Positions 36,038 through 45,421 of a stretch of DNA of 64,000 nucleotides are shown here, piece after piece (the stretch's first letter is position 1; every line of letters begins with the position of its first letter). Source of the DNA: an uncultured Bacteroidales bacterium (GTDB lineage: Bacteria > Bacteroidota > Bacteroidia > Bacteroidales > ML635J-15); NCBI GenBank assembly GCA_905234755.1, contig CAJOIT010000003.1:479331-543330 (forward strand). The letters run 5' to 3'. The position numbers and the translations under genes are program-made. The notes beneath the pieces are model-generated. The model made no database searches, was not told the origin of the DNA, and saw only the letters and a list, made by a program, of their open reading frames with translations.

Positions 36038-36811
36038 ATGAGCAAAAAGGTAATCAGGGACTTGCGTGTCATCGGGAACGAAAGGATAGGTGGTTCGTTC
36101 TTCATGCTCACATTGCAAAGCGAGGATGCACTGCCGGTGATTATGCCGGCGCAGTTTGCCGAAGTCAAGATTAACAATTCGGTGGGAACTTTTCTTCGCC
36201 GTCCCATAAGCATACACGATGTCGATTACGACAAGCAGACAATTCAACTTTTGGTGAAGATTGCCGGCGACGGAACAGCAACTCTCGCTCACTTGCGTGA
36301 GGGCGATTTGCTGAATGTGGTTTTCCCGTTGGGCAATACTTTCGCTTTGCCATTGTCGGGTAGGGTATTGCTTGTCGGTGGTGGCGTAGGCGTTGCTCCA
36401 TTGCTGTTCACGGCAAGATACATGCAGAGGTTTGGCTTCCGTCCCGACATTCTGCTCGGTTACCGCAGCAAGTCAAACATTTTGCGCAAGGAAGTTTACG
36501 AGAAGTTCGGCAATGTGTTCTATTCAACCGATGACGGAAGTTTCGGCGAAAAAGGAACCGTAATGCAACATTCGATATTTAATTCCGAAAACTTCCCATA
36601 TACCGAAATCCTTGCCTGCGGACCCGAACCAATGATGCGCGCACTTGCAAAATGGGCATTGGAACACAAGGTCGAATGCGAGGTTTCGCTCGAAAACAAG
36701 ATGGCGTGCGGAATTGGCGCTTGCCTGTGCTGCGTGCAGAATACAAAAGACGGTCACAAGTGCGTATGCACCGAAGGCCCAGTGTTTAATGTAAAGCAAT
36801 TGTTATGGTAA
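36038..36811 (+). CDS. pyrK: dihydroorotate dehydrogenase B electron-transfer subunit
   Basis: 257 aa with an FNR-like fold and a C-terminal 2Fe-2S cluster motif (CGIGACLCC...C). Confidence 0.9.
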   Translation: MSKKVIRDLRVIGNERIGGSFFMLTLQSEDALPVIMPAQFAEVKINNSVGTFLRRPISIHDVDYDKQTIQLLVKIAGDGTATLAHLREGDLLNVVFPLGNTFALPLSGRVLLVGGGVGVAPLLFTARYMQRFGFRPDILLGYRSKSNILRKEVYEKFGNVFYSTDDGSFGEKGTVMQHSIFNSENFPYTEILACGPEPMMRALAKWALEHKVECEVSLENKMACGIGACLCCVQNTKDGHKCVCTEGPVFNVKQLLW

Positions 36812-37716
36812 ACCTGAATGTAGATATTAACGGATTGAAGCTTAAGAATCCTGTGCTTACAGCATCGGGAACTTTTGGTTTCGGCTTGGAATATGCCGAT
36901 TTTGTTGACCTTGAACGACTTGGCGGTTTCATTGTAAAGGGCACAACCTTGAATCCACGCGAAGGAAATCCTTATCCGCGTATGGCGGAGACCGCATCGG
37001 GAATGTTGAACGCAGTAGGACTTCAGAACAAGGGCGTGGATTATTTCTGCAAGGAAAACTATCCTCAGTTGAAGGATTTGAAAACCAATGTGCTTGTAAA
37101 TGTTAGCGGCTCGTGCATAGAGGATTATGTGGAAACTGCAAGACGGATAGGGGAATTGCCAAATATTCCAGCTATCGAACTTAATATTTCCTGTCCCAAT
37201 GTGAAGGAAGGCGGAATGGCTTTCGGCACAGACCCGAAATCGGCAGGAGAAGTTGTAGCTGCTGTGCGCAAGGCATACGGAAAGCATCTTATGGTGAAAC
37301 TTTCACCCAATGTAACCAACATTGTATCAATAGCTAAGGCTGTTGAAGATGCTGGCGCCGATTCGGTTTCGCTGGTCAACACCTTCTTGGGAATGGCAAT
37401 CGATGTCAGGACTCGCCGTCCGAAACTTTCGACCATAACTGGCGGAATGTCTGGTCCTGCAATAAAGCCGATAGCAGTGCGAATGGTTTGGCAAGTTGCT
37501 CATAATGTGAAGATTCCAGTTTGCGGACTTGGTGGCATTGTAACTGCTGAAGATGCAATAGAGTTTTTGCTTGCAGGAGCTTCATGCATTCAGGTTGGAA
37601 CAGCCAATTTCCTTTATCCCGATGCAACAGTCCGTGTGCTTGACGGCATCGAATTGTACTGCGAAAAGTATGGTGTGAAAGATATTTCTGAACTTATTGG
37701 CGGAATGAAGCAATGA
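36805..37716 (+). CDS. pyrD: dihydroorotate dehydrogenase B catalytic subunit
   Basis: 303 aa, class 1B pattern ([29 protein letters not shown]). It overlaps the pyrK stop. Confidence 0.95.
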   Translation: MVNLNVDINGLKLKNPVLTASGTFGFGLEYADFVDLERLGGFIVKGTTLNPREGNPYPRMAETASGMLNAVGLQNKGVDYFCKENYPQLKDLKTNVLVNVSGSCIEDYVETARRIGELPNIPAIELNISCPNVKEGGMAFGTDPKSAGEVVAAVRKAYGKHLMVKLSPNVTNIVSIAKAVEDAGADSVSLVNTFLGMAIDVRTRRPKLSTITGGMSGPAIKPIAVRMVWQVAHNVKIPVCGLGGIVTAEDAIEFLLAGASCIQVGTANFLYPDATVRVLDGIELYCEKYGVKDISELIGGMKQ

Positions 37717-38969
37717 AAAAGCTTGTTGTAATATTATTGATGCTTGTGTTTTCGTTGTCAGGGAATTGCGCATATATGCTCATTCCCATGGACGAGTCGC
37801 AGACCGACCATTTAAAGGCCTACGGGCTTACATACTGGTCGCTGGAACAAGGACTTGAAGCATGGTGGTTGCTTAACTATCGTGGTGGAAGTTTTGTAAT
37901 CGGATTTTCGTCCAATTTGGAGCGTGAGTGCATTTTGCGAAATGTTTCTTACGAGATTATTGCTGATGCACAGAAGAATGCCATTTTCAATGACATTTCG
38001 GCTCCATCGGTGAATCAGGATGCTGTGAAATTGGAAAAAGCGCCTAAGATTGCCGTTTATACGCCACCAATTTCGCAGCCGTGGGACGATGCAGTGACTT
38101 TGGCGCTTACCTACGCTGAAATTCCCTACGACAAGATTTATGATACCGAAATCATTGAAGGCAAATTGGCAGAATACGACTGGCTTCACCTTCACCATGA
38201 GGACTTTACCGGTCAGTATGGAAAGTTTTACGCATCTTATGCCCGTATGCAGTGGTATCAGGAAAGGCAGAAGTTGAGCGAGGAAGAAGCTGCAAACCTT
38301 GGCTTCAGCAAGGTTTCAAAATTGAAACTTGCAGTGGTGCTGGCTATTAAGCAATATGTTTTCAATGGAGGATTTATGTTTGCGATGTGTGCCGCCACCG
38401 ATACTTTCGACATTGCACTTGCCGCTGCTAATACCGATATTTGCGAATATATGTTCGATGGCGACGGCATGGACCCGAATGCACAAAAGAAACTTGATTA
38501 CGAAAATTGCCTTGCCTTTCAGAACTTTACGGTAAAGACAAATCCATACGAGTACGAATTTTCCGATATAGATGTAACTCAGTCGAAGCGTGCTGGTACA
38601 AACGAGGATTATTTCTCGCTGTTCGAGTTTTCGGCAAAGTGGGATCCTGTTCCTACTATGCTCTGCCAGAACCACGCAGCCCTTATTCACGGATTCATGG
38701 GACAAACGACCGCCTTTAAGCGCGACCTTATAAAGCCTAATGTGTTGATAATGGGTGAGAACAAGTCGATGAACGAGGCTCGTTACATTCACGGTGAATA
38801 CGGACAGGGAATGTGGACTTTCTACGGCGGTCACGACCCCGAGGATTATCGTCACTATGTAGGCGATGAAAAGACCGACTTGTCGCTTTATCCGAATTCG
38901 CCGGGTTACAGGTTGATTCTCAACAATGTATTGTTTCCTGCTGCAAAGAAGAAAAAACAAAAAACATAG
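37713..38969 (+). CDS. hypothetical secreted protein
   Basis: 418 aa with a signal peptide. The start overlaps the pyrD stop (ATGA). I cannot assign a family by eye. Confidence 0.6.
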   Translation: MKKLVVILLMLVFSLSGNCAYMLIPMDESQTDHLKAYGLTYWSLEQGLEAWWLLNYRGGSFVIGFSSNLERECILRNVSYEIIADAQKNAIFNDISAPSVNQDAVKLEKAPKIAVYTPPISQPWDDAVTLALTYAEIPYDKIYDTEIIEGKLAEYDWLHLHHEDFTGQYGKFYASYARMQWYQERQKLSEEEAANLGFSKVSKLKLAVVLAIKQYVFNGGFMFAMCAATDTFDIALAAANTDICEYMFDGDGMDPNAQKKLDYENCLAFQNFTVKTNPYEYEFSDIDVTQSKRAGTNEDYFSLFEFSAKWDPVPTMLCQNHAALIHGFMGQTTAFKRDLIKPNVLIMGENKSMNEARYIHGEYGQGMWTFYGGHDPEDYRHYVGDEKTDLSLYPNSPGYRLILNNVLFPAAKKKKQKT

Positions 38970-38975
38970 GATTTT

Positions 38976-39704
38976 ATGAAAAAACTGGTTGCAATATTGC
39001 TTTTAGTGTGTGCCGTAAATATGGCATATACCCAGTTTATTGACAATACTCTTATAAAGACTCGTCCTTTCAAGTTGTTTTTCAATCCGAATATATGCTT
39101 CGAGAAACCATTTCACAAGTATTTTAGTGCAACAGCCGAGCTCGCCTATCGGCGTAGGGAATTGTTTTCCGATGGAAGCATTGATGGTCAGTATTTTAAC
39201 AAAAGTACGACAATGCTTGGTGAGCCCAGCAAGAGTGTAAAGTTCAATGGTGTGGAATTCGACTTGGGGCTTCGTTTCTATATGGTGTCATTGCCTACAA
39301 GATATCTTGAAGGGTATTACTGGAATGCTCCGTTTGGGTGGTATCTGGAGACTATTGTCGGATATGCACATTCGGCAGTGCGGGATTTGCAGATATACAA
39401 CTATGGAGAGTCGCTTAATCGAGGAGAAAACTTTCCCTATTATCGTGCTAATGTTCGTCTTGATAATTTGGCAGTATTTATTCTGACTGGCTATCAGTTC
39501 AATATTGAAAATGTATTTTCATTCGACATCAATGTTGGTGCGAGGTACGATTGCATAGCACAGGAATCGCGTAGGGTTGTGTCGGCAACACCAACTGGTG
39601 ATGGTATCAATCCTGATGATTTGCTTCGCTACAACAATCCGCGCTGGCGTTTCGCCGGCAGGATAACCTTTGGCTATTATATTAGGGTTGATTGGATGGA
39701 GTAG
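38976..39704 (+). CDS. putative outer-membrane beta-barrel protein
   Basis: 242 aa with a signal peptide and alternating strands. It begins 6 nt after the upstream gene. Confidence 0.55.
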   Translation: MKKLVAILLLVCAVNMAYTQFIDNTLIKTRPFKLFFNPNICFEKPFHKYFSATAELAYRRRELFSDGSIDGQYFNKSTTMLGEPSKSVKFNGVEFDLGLRFYMVSLPTRYLEGYYWNAPFGWYLETIVGYAHSAVRDLQIYNYGESLNRGENFPYYRANVRLDNLAVFILTGYQFNIENVFSFDINVGARYDCIAQESRRVVSATPTGDGINPDDLLRYNNPRWRFAGRITFGYYIRVDWME

Positions 39705-39792
39705 AAAGATAGGTTTATCTTAGCAAAATTAATTAGTATAAAATAGGTTCTTTGGAAGAGGTCGAGGAAATCGAAAGAGCGATAATGGATGA

Positions 39793-40452
39793 TTAGTCCT
39801 CGTTGATGTAATTCCAAATCTCCTCAACCTTTTCAATTGTATAATCTGCACCGTTGGCAATAAGTTCATCCTTTGTGCGGAAGCCCCAGAGAACGCCAAG
39901 AGCGGTTAGTCCTGCATTCTTTGCAGTTTGCATGTCAACGCCTGAATCGCCAAGATATAGGATTTCTTTTTTGGCAGTTGGACATTTTTCAATAATCTTG
40001 TGTACTATTGTCGGGTTTGGTTTTACGGGGATTTCTGTACTTGTGCCTATAGTGGCTGCGAACTTTATGCCGTGGAAATAGAAATCAACAACAGCATCAA
40101 CTCCTTCCTGATACTTGTTCGAGGCGATAGCTATCTTTATGCCTTTGTCGTTCAGTTCTTTGAGTAGGGGAATAATGCCATCGTAGGGACAGGTTTCTTC
40201 GTGCAGGTGACCGTTGTAGCGAATTATGAACTCATCTAGTATTTGTTTGCAAAACTCGTCATTGTTCCTGTATTCTTCTGGCAAAGCGAGTTTTATGAGA
40301 CGGCGGATTCCCGAACCTATAAAGTAGCGGTATTCATCGTGGGTATGAGGCGGAAATCCATGCTGGTGCAACACATAATTGCAGGCGTTTGTGAGGTCGT
40401 CTATTGTGTTGAGCAGTGTGCCATCCAGGTCGAATATGATAAGTTTTTTCAT
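39793..40452 (-). CDS. HAD family hydrolase (phosphoglycolate phosphatase-like)
   Basis: MKKLIIFDLDGTL (DxDGT) and GDSGVDMQTA motifs. The start at 40452 is preferred over 40473. Confidence 0.85.
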   Translation of the reverse strand: MKKLIIFDLDGTLLNTIDDLTNACNYVLHQHGFPPHTHDEYRYFIGSGIRRLIKLALPEEYRNNDEFCKQILDEFIIRYNGHLHEETCPYDGIIPLLKELNDKGIKIAIASNKYQEGVDAVVDFYFHGIKFAATIGTSTEIPVKPNPTIVHKIIEKCPTAKKEILYLGDSGVDMQTAKNAGLTALGVLWGFRTKDELIANGADYTIEKVEEIWNYINED

Positions 40453-40456
40453 TGCG

Positions 40457-41212
40457 CTATTTTTTCTTTTCAAACCACTCGTTTATAATTCTCTTGCCAT
40501 CGGTTTGCAATGTTGCAGCAAATTCTTTTACTTCAATCTGCAGGCACTCGCTTAATGGTCGTGACATTGTGGCTGTGATTTCGTGTTTGGCGGCGCGTAA
40601 TGCTTCGCGTGGCTTTGATGCAAGCAGTTGTGCAAATTCTTCTGACTTGGTGTACAGTTCGTTGCGTGAGAAAACATCTTGTACGATTCCGTGATTGTGG
40701 GCGTAGTCTACTGGGATTTGCTTGCAGGAATACACAAAGTATGCAATGTCGGCAGGGGAGATGTACTTCGACAAAAAGGATATTCCGCCAGCACCAGGGA
40801 TTATTCCCATATCAACTTCGGGGAATTTCATGCGGGTTTCGGGTGTGCAGAAACGGATGTCGCAGCGTAGGGCAAGTTCCAGTCCGCCACCATATACAAT
40901 GCCATCAAGGGCTGCAATTACTGGAATGTCAAGGTTTAGTAATCCATCGTAAATGTAATGTGCGTTGGTTGCCATCAGTGTAGCTTTCTCGTAGTCGGCT
41001 CCAGCAATTTCGTGAAGGTTTCCGCCTGCTGAGAATACTTTTTCGGAGCCACGGATAATTAGAACTCTGCATTCCTTGTCGTTGCGGACAGATTCAACAG
41101 CCTCGTGAAATTCCTTAAGGAAAAGCTGGCTCATGGCATTCATCGTCGGCTCGTTGTCGAACTTAATGGTGGTGATGTTGCCAGTGTGTGATATTGATAT
41201 GGTTTTGTACAT
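40457..41212 (-). CDS. enoyl-CoA hydratase/isomerase (crotonase) family protein
   Basis: 251 aa from MYKTISISH, with FSAGGNL and GGGLELAL oxyanion-hole motifs. The upstream extension to 41320 runs through a repeat block and is rejected. Confidence 0.8.
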   Translation of the reverse strand: MYKTISISHTGNITTIKFDNEPTMNAMSQLFLKEFHEAVESVRNDKECRVLIIRGSEKVFSAGGNLHEIAGADYEKATLMATNAHYIYDGLLNLDIPVIAALDGIVYGGGLELALRCDIRFCTPETRMKFPEVDMGIIPGAGGISFLSKYISPADIAYFVYSCKQIPVDYAHNHGIVQDVFSRNELYTKSEEFAQLLASKPREALRAAKHEITATMSRPLSECLQIEVKEFAATLQTDGKRIINEWFEKKK

Positions 41213-41214
41213 GG

Positions 41215-41400
41215 TTATGTTTCTGGTTTCTAAGTTTCTGGGTTTTAGGTTTGAAATTGTTTGAAATTGTTTATTGTTGTTTGATGATTTGATGATTCTT
41301 TTGGGCATAGTGAAAAACATTCGTGTTATTGGCCGCGCCGAGCTAAGGGTTCGTGGTTAACCTCCAGTTCGAGCTTGCGAGAACGTCTTTGCTTCTTGTC
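41215..41400 (-). repeat. intergenic word-repeat element (modules c and d in minus sense, module b inverted)
   Basis: 41226-41240 is the exact reverse complement of 27911-27925 (CAGAAACTTAGAAAC). 41329-41361 matches 17181-17214. Confidence 0.7.
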
Positions 41401-41408
41401 AGCCATTT

Positions 41409-42437
41409 TCAAAATTGTTTTCTTTTTTCCTTTTCTTTAAATATATCATACACAGGAATATTAAGCGCTTCCGATAGTTCTGCCGTGATTTTTTCCGAAT
41501 TCATTATGTATCCGTTTGGTGATGTTGGGTTTACACAGACTGCAATGAGCTTTGTGCGAAGCAGTACCTTTATTTTCCCACCTTTCGACAGGTAGGAGTA
41601 AAGTGATTCCGGAGTTACAAAAATCCTTGTGAAATCCTTGACAATCAATGTCGTGTTTTGAATTTCCTTTTGCATGCGCAAAAGATTCAAAACCTTGTCG
41701 GTGACTATTCCGCTGGCGAAAATTGTAGTGCCATATTCGAAAAGCTTGTCCTTCTTGTTTTCGAGCAGTAGAGTGGAGTCGATGCCAAGGTCATGGATGT
41801 CATTGTTGTCATCGATTGCCCAAATGCCACGGTCAATGTTTAGAAGTTTGTCGCTTGCAGGAGATTCGTATTCCTCGATGTTTATCAGGCTATAGACGAA
41901 TTTTGTCTTGCGAGTAAGTTCCTTGTAGTCATGCGAGACGGCTGCACCTGTCGATAGAACCATGCAGTCGGTAACGGATGGAGAACCAAGCGATTTTCGT
42001 GACAAAGCACCATCTATAATTGTCAACTGGCTGCCGAAATCCTTCATTTCGCCAATTACATCCTTAATCCACATTGTGCTTGTCGGTCCAGAGAATATCA
42101 GTTTGCCACGCGATTTTGCCCTTGCAGTTACAAGTCGTCCTAGCGATGTGCTTTGCTTCGAAATGTTCAGTATTTCAGATGTGATTCTGCGTGTGCGGTA
42201 GTGGTTTTCGGAGGTTGTGAACAATGTGTCGGGATAAATCTCGATTTCGGGCTTGTGCGTTTTGGTCACCTGGTCAACGGTTTCGCCATCGATGCCGATT
42301 GAAGTTATGGCGATTTTTGTTCCGCTGTCCTTGAGCCTACCTATTATATAATTGAGACACTCCGTCTTGCCGGTGTTCTTTTCCATTCCGACAATCGACA
42401 ATGACTTGTGTTTCAATATTTCGTTTATAAATGGCAT
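41409..42437 (-). CDS. uncharacterised P-loop protein co-transcribed with kamA
   Basis: 342 aa with the Walker-A-like VGMEKNTGKTE motif near the N-terminus. Otherwise no family recognised. Confidence 0.6.
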   Translation of the reverse strand: MPFINEILKHKSLSIVGMEKNTGKTECLNYIIGRLKDSGTKIAITSIGIDGETVDQVTKTHKPEIEIYPDTLFTTSENHYRTRRITSEILNISKQSTSLGRLVTARAKSRGKLIFSGPTSTMWIKDVIGEMKDFGSQLTIIDGALSRKSLGSPSVTDCMVLSTGAAVSHDYKELTRKTKFVYSLINIEEYESPASDKLLNIDRGIWAIDDNNDIHDLGIDSTLLLENKKDKLFEYGTTIFASGIVTDKVLNLLRMQKEIQNTTLIVKDFTRIFVTPESLYSYLSKGGKIKVLLRTKLIAVCVNPTSPNGYIMNSEKITAELSEALNIPVYDIFKEKEKRKQF

Positions 42438-42495
42438 CTCTGTTTAAAATAAAGGCGTGTTTCCACGCCTTCATTCAATCTAGCATATTCCCTTA

Positions 42496-43740
42496 TTATT
42501 TCTTTACATGTCTTTCCTTGCGAGCGAGGTTGCTTGGTTCGAGAGCCATCTGTTCGCCCTTCATCAGACGAAGTACGCCTTCGGGCTTAATCTTCGATTC
42601 TTCGCTTGCAGGAGTCTGGTTGTCAATATAATCGGTTGGCTGCGAGTAGGTTGTGATAACACCTTCGTAGTTGCGGAGGATAACCTTTGTCGGGCTTTCC
42701 GAAATCAAGTAGTTAGGCATTACAGGAATCTTTCCGCCGCCGCCTGGAGCGTCAACTACGAATGTTGGAACTGCGTATCCTGAAGTATGTCCGCGCAGAC
42801 CTTCAATGATTTCGATACCCTTTGAAACAGGTGTGCGGAAATGTTCGAGACCCATTGAAAGGTCGCACTGGTAGATGTAGTACGGACGAACTCTCATCAT
42901 AACGAGCTTGTGAACCAACTTCTTCATAATATCAACATTGTCGTTGATGCCGCGGAGCAATACCGACTGGTTGCCCAGTGGAACACCGGCGTTAGCAAGA
43001 CGAGCGCAAGCTGCTGCCGATTCTTCGGTAACTTCGTTCGGGTGGTTGAAATGAGTGTTTAACCATATTGGATGGTACTTCTTCAACATTTCGCAGAGGC
43101 TGTCGGTAATACGCTGCGGGCATACAACCGGAGTTCTCGAGCCGATACGGATAATTTCTACATGAGGTATTGCACGAAGTCTCTTGATGATAGATTCGAG
43201 CATAGCGTCATCGACCATAAGAGCATCACCGCCTGACAAAAGAACGTCGCGAACCTGTGGGGTGCGTGCTACATAGTCGATAGCTGCCTGTATGCGTTCC
43301 GATGGCGACTGGCAGTCGTGCTGACCTGCAAATCTGCGGCGTGTGCAGTGACGGCAGTACATTGAGCACATGTCGGTGATGAGGAACAAAACTCTATCTG
43401 GGTAACGGTGAGTAAGTCCCGGAACAGGAGAATCTTCGTCCTCGTGAAGCGGGTCGAGCAAGTCTGCTGCCGACTGGTGAAGTTCTGCTGCTGTAGGGAT
43501 AGCCTGCTTGCGAACAGGGTCGTTCGGGTCGTCGGGATTGATAAGGCTCAGGTAGTATGGAGTGATTGCCATGCGGAGAGTCTTAAGTGACTTTGCAACG
43601 CCTTCTTCCTCTTCGGGAGTCAGCGAAACATATTGTTTCAATTGTTCCAGAGTTTCAATTCTGTTTCTCACTTGCCATTTCCAGTCGTTCCATTCTGCAT
43701 CGGTAACATTCGGAAACATTTCTTTTCTTCTGCTTGCCAT
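42496..43740 (-). CDS. kamA: lysine 2,3-aminomutase (radical SAM)
   Basis: 414 aa with [11 protein letters not shown] (CxxxCxxC), the PLP-binding region, and the N-terminal WNDWKWQ pattern typical of KamA/AblA. Confidence 0.92.
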   Translation of the reverse strand: MASRRKEMFPNVTDAEWNDWKWQVRNRIETLEQLKQYVSLTPEEEEGVAKSLKTLRMAITPYYLSLINPDDPNDPVRKQAIPTAAELHQSAADLLDPLHEDEDSPVPGLTHRYPDRVLFLITDMCSMYCRHCTRRRFAGQHDCQSPSERIQAAIDYVARTPQVRDVLLSGGDALMVDDAMLESIIKRLRAIPHVEIIRIGSRTPVVCPQRITDSLCEMLKKYHPIWLNTHFNHPNEVTEESAAACARLANAGVPLGNQSVLLRGINDNVDIMKKLVHKLVMMRVRPYYIYQCDLSMGLEHFRTPVSKGIEIIEGLRGHTSGYAVPTFVVDAPGGGGKIPVMPNYLISESPTKVILRNYEGVITTYSQPTDYIDNQTPASEESKIKPEGVLRLMKGEQMALEPSNLARKERHVKK

Positions 43741-43802
43741 ATATTTTACAGTCTAATTTTTAGAAAAAACATTTTTAAACAGCCAATTTTATTTGGCGAC
43801 TG

Positions 43803-43810
43803 CAAAGGTA
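43803..43810 (-). promoter_or_regulatory. TAnnTTTG box (TACCTTTG on minus strand)
   Basis: 63 nt upstream of the kamA start at 43740. Confidence 0.45.
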
Positions 43811-43955
43811 AATCTTTTTGCCGAATAATGCAAGGTGTTGTTTGTTTTTGTTTTTCGATTGTTTCGGTTGCGATGATTGTTGGTAGTTTCCCATAGGAAT
43901 GCTGTTCTTGTTGAGGTTTTGTTCGATAATTTTTTGTCCGTTCAATTTTAATTCA

Positions 43956-43963
43956 TACCTTTG
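43956..43963 (+). promoter_or_regulatory. TAnnTTTG box (TACCTTTG)
   Basis: 23 nt upstream of the ATG at 43986. This supports the short lipoprotein start. Confidence 0.5.
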
Positions 43964-43985
43964 TCAAGTCGTTAATAATTGGATA

Positions 43986-44372
43986 ATGAAAAACAATAGG
44001 ACATACAAATGGGTGCGCGGATTGCTTGCCGCATCTGCTTTTACTTCGGTGATGTTCATAATGCAGGCATGCTACGGAACTCCAAACTATCGCAACGAAG
44101 AGAGTTTCAGTTATGAGGTCAAGATGTCGGGAATAGTTACAGATAGCGCTTCGGCTCAGCCGTTGTCGGGAATAAATGTGTCTACCGACATATCAGAGGA
44201 AGTAGCAGTTTCCGATGAAAACGGACAGTTCTGCTTGTCTTTTATGGTCTATAGTGATGACGATTCAGGATACAACCTTAATTTTTCGGATTCCCTCGAC
44301 CGTTACGCACCGCTCGATACGCTAATTGTTTCCGATTTTTCCGATATTAACATCTCGCTTGCAGCAAAGTAG
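43986..44372 (+). CDS. small lipoprotein coupled to a radical SAM/SPASM enzyme
   Basis: 128 aa from the ATG at 43986 (TAnnTTTG at 43956-43963). Lipobox MQAC. CarboxypepD_reg-like segment GIVTDSASAQPLSGINV...DENGQF. There is a 2-nt gap to the rSAM gene. Confidence 0.7.
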   Translation: MKNNRTYKWVRGLLAASAFTSVMFIMQACYGTPNYRNEESFSYEVKMSGIVTDSASAQPLSGINVSTDISEEVAVSDENGQFCLSFMVYSDDDSGYNLNFSDSLDRYAPLDTLIVSDFSDINISLAAK

Positions 44373-44374
44373 CT

Positions 44375-45421
44375 ATGCTTCAGGCATTTCATAACTATTT
44401 CCGGAAAAAGGAAACCCAACTTCACGAACTTAACTACCTTTTTTGGGAGTGCACGCAGCGTTGCAATTTGAATTGTCGGCATTGCGGTTCCGACTGTATG
44501 GCATCGTCAGTATTGCCAGATATGCCTTTCAATGATTTCCTGAGGGCTATTGAGCCGTTGGAAAAGCGTTATCCGCGAAATTCTGTGTTTGTCGTTATAA
44601 CTGGTGGCGAACCTTTGTTGCGCAACGACCTTGCCGAATGTGGACGTGAGTTGCGCAGGCATGGTTTTATATGGAGTATTGTCACAAACGGCTATGCCTA
44701 CGATGCCGCAATGCACCGCAAACTTATGTTGGCTGGAATGAGTAGCATAACGGTCAGCCTTGATGGTTTGCGCGAAACTCATGACGCTTTTCGCAAGCAT
44801 GTTGGCAGTTTCGACCGGGCAATAAACGCCATCGACTTGATTGCCAATGAAAAAAACTTGCCTACATACGACATTGTCACCTGCGTAAGCCCGATGAATT
44901 TAGGTCAGCTTGACGAAATGAAGCGAATGTTGATTGAGCATAAGGTCAAGGCTTGGCGTTTCTTTACAATAGCCCCGATTGGCAGGGCAGCAACCGACAA
45001 AAACTTGCAACTTGATGGCTCTCAACTTCGTCAACTTATGGATTTCATTGTTGCCACGCGTAAGGAGGGAAAGATTGATGCAAAGTTCAGTTGCGAGGCT
45101 TATCTTGGAAAGTACGATCGAAAAGTTCGCGACTGGCATTTTTTCTGCCGTGCAGGAATAAATATCGGTTCGGTACTTATTGACGGTTCTATTTCCGCTT
45201 GTCCAAATATTGACCGCAGGTTTGCACAAGGCAACATTTATTCCGACAACCTTATTGATGTGTGGGATAACAAATTCGAAAAGTTCCGCAATAGGGAGTG
45301 GGCAAGGTGTGGTGTTTGTGCTAATTGCCGTGAGTTTAAGAATTGCTTGGGTGGTGCAATGCATTTGCACACTGTCGATTCTGGTGAAATCATGGAATGC
45401 CATTGGAGGAAGTTGATTTAG
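44375..45421 (+). CDS. radical SAM / SPASM domain protein
   Basis: 348 aa with CNLNCRHC (CxxxCxxC) near the N-terminus and a Cys-rich C-terminal SPASM-type region (C...CPN...CGVCANCREFKNCLGG). Confidence 0.88.
   Translation: MLQAFHNYFRKKETQLHELNYLFWECTQRCNLNCRHCGSDCMASSVLPDMPFNDFLRAIEPLEKRYPRNSVFVVITGGEPLLRNDLAECGRELRRHGFIWSIVTNGYAYDAAMHRKLMLAGMSSITVSLDGLRETHDAFRKHVGSFDRAINAIDLIANEKNLPTYDIVTCVSPMNLGQLDEMKRMLIEHKVKAWRFFTIAPIGRAATDKNLQLDGSQLRQLMDFIVATRKEGKIDAKFSCEAYLGKYDRKVRDWHFFCRAGINIGSVLIDGSISACPNIDRRFAQGNIYSDNLIDVWDNKFEKFRNREWARCGVCANCREFKNCLGGAMHLHTVDSGEIMECHWRKLI

Noticed and set aside
39705-39792. Convergent intergenic region as another member of the word-repeat family or a terminator
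   Set aside because: It has only a weak 5-bp hairpin (AGATA/TATCT) and purine-rich words (GGAAGAGGTCGAGGAAATCGAAAGAGCG). These do not match modules a-d.
41213-41320. Longer starts for several ORFs in the track (41320, 40473, 47386, 43899, 13624, 53408, 45 and others)
   Set aside because: The extensions use non-ATG starts or run through promoter boxes or repeat blocks. They add residues without family similarity. Internal ATGs give canonical N-termini or signal peptides.
43741-43803. Lysine riboswitch upstream of kamA
   Set aside because: The predicted promoter box at 43803-43810 leaves a leader of only about 55 nt, which is too short for an L-box. No L-box motifs are seen.
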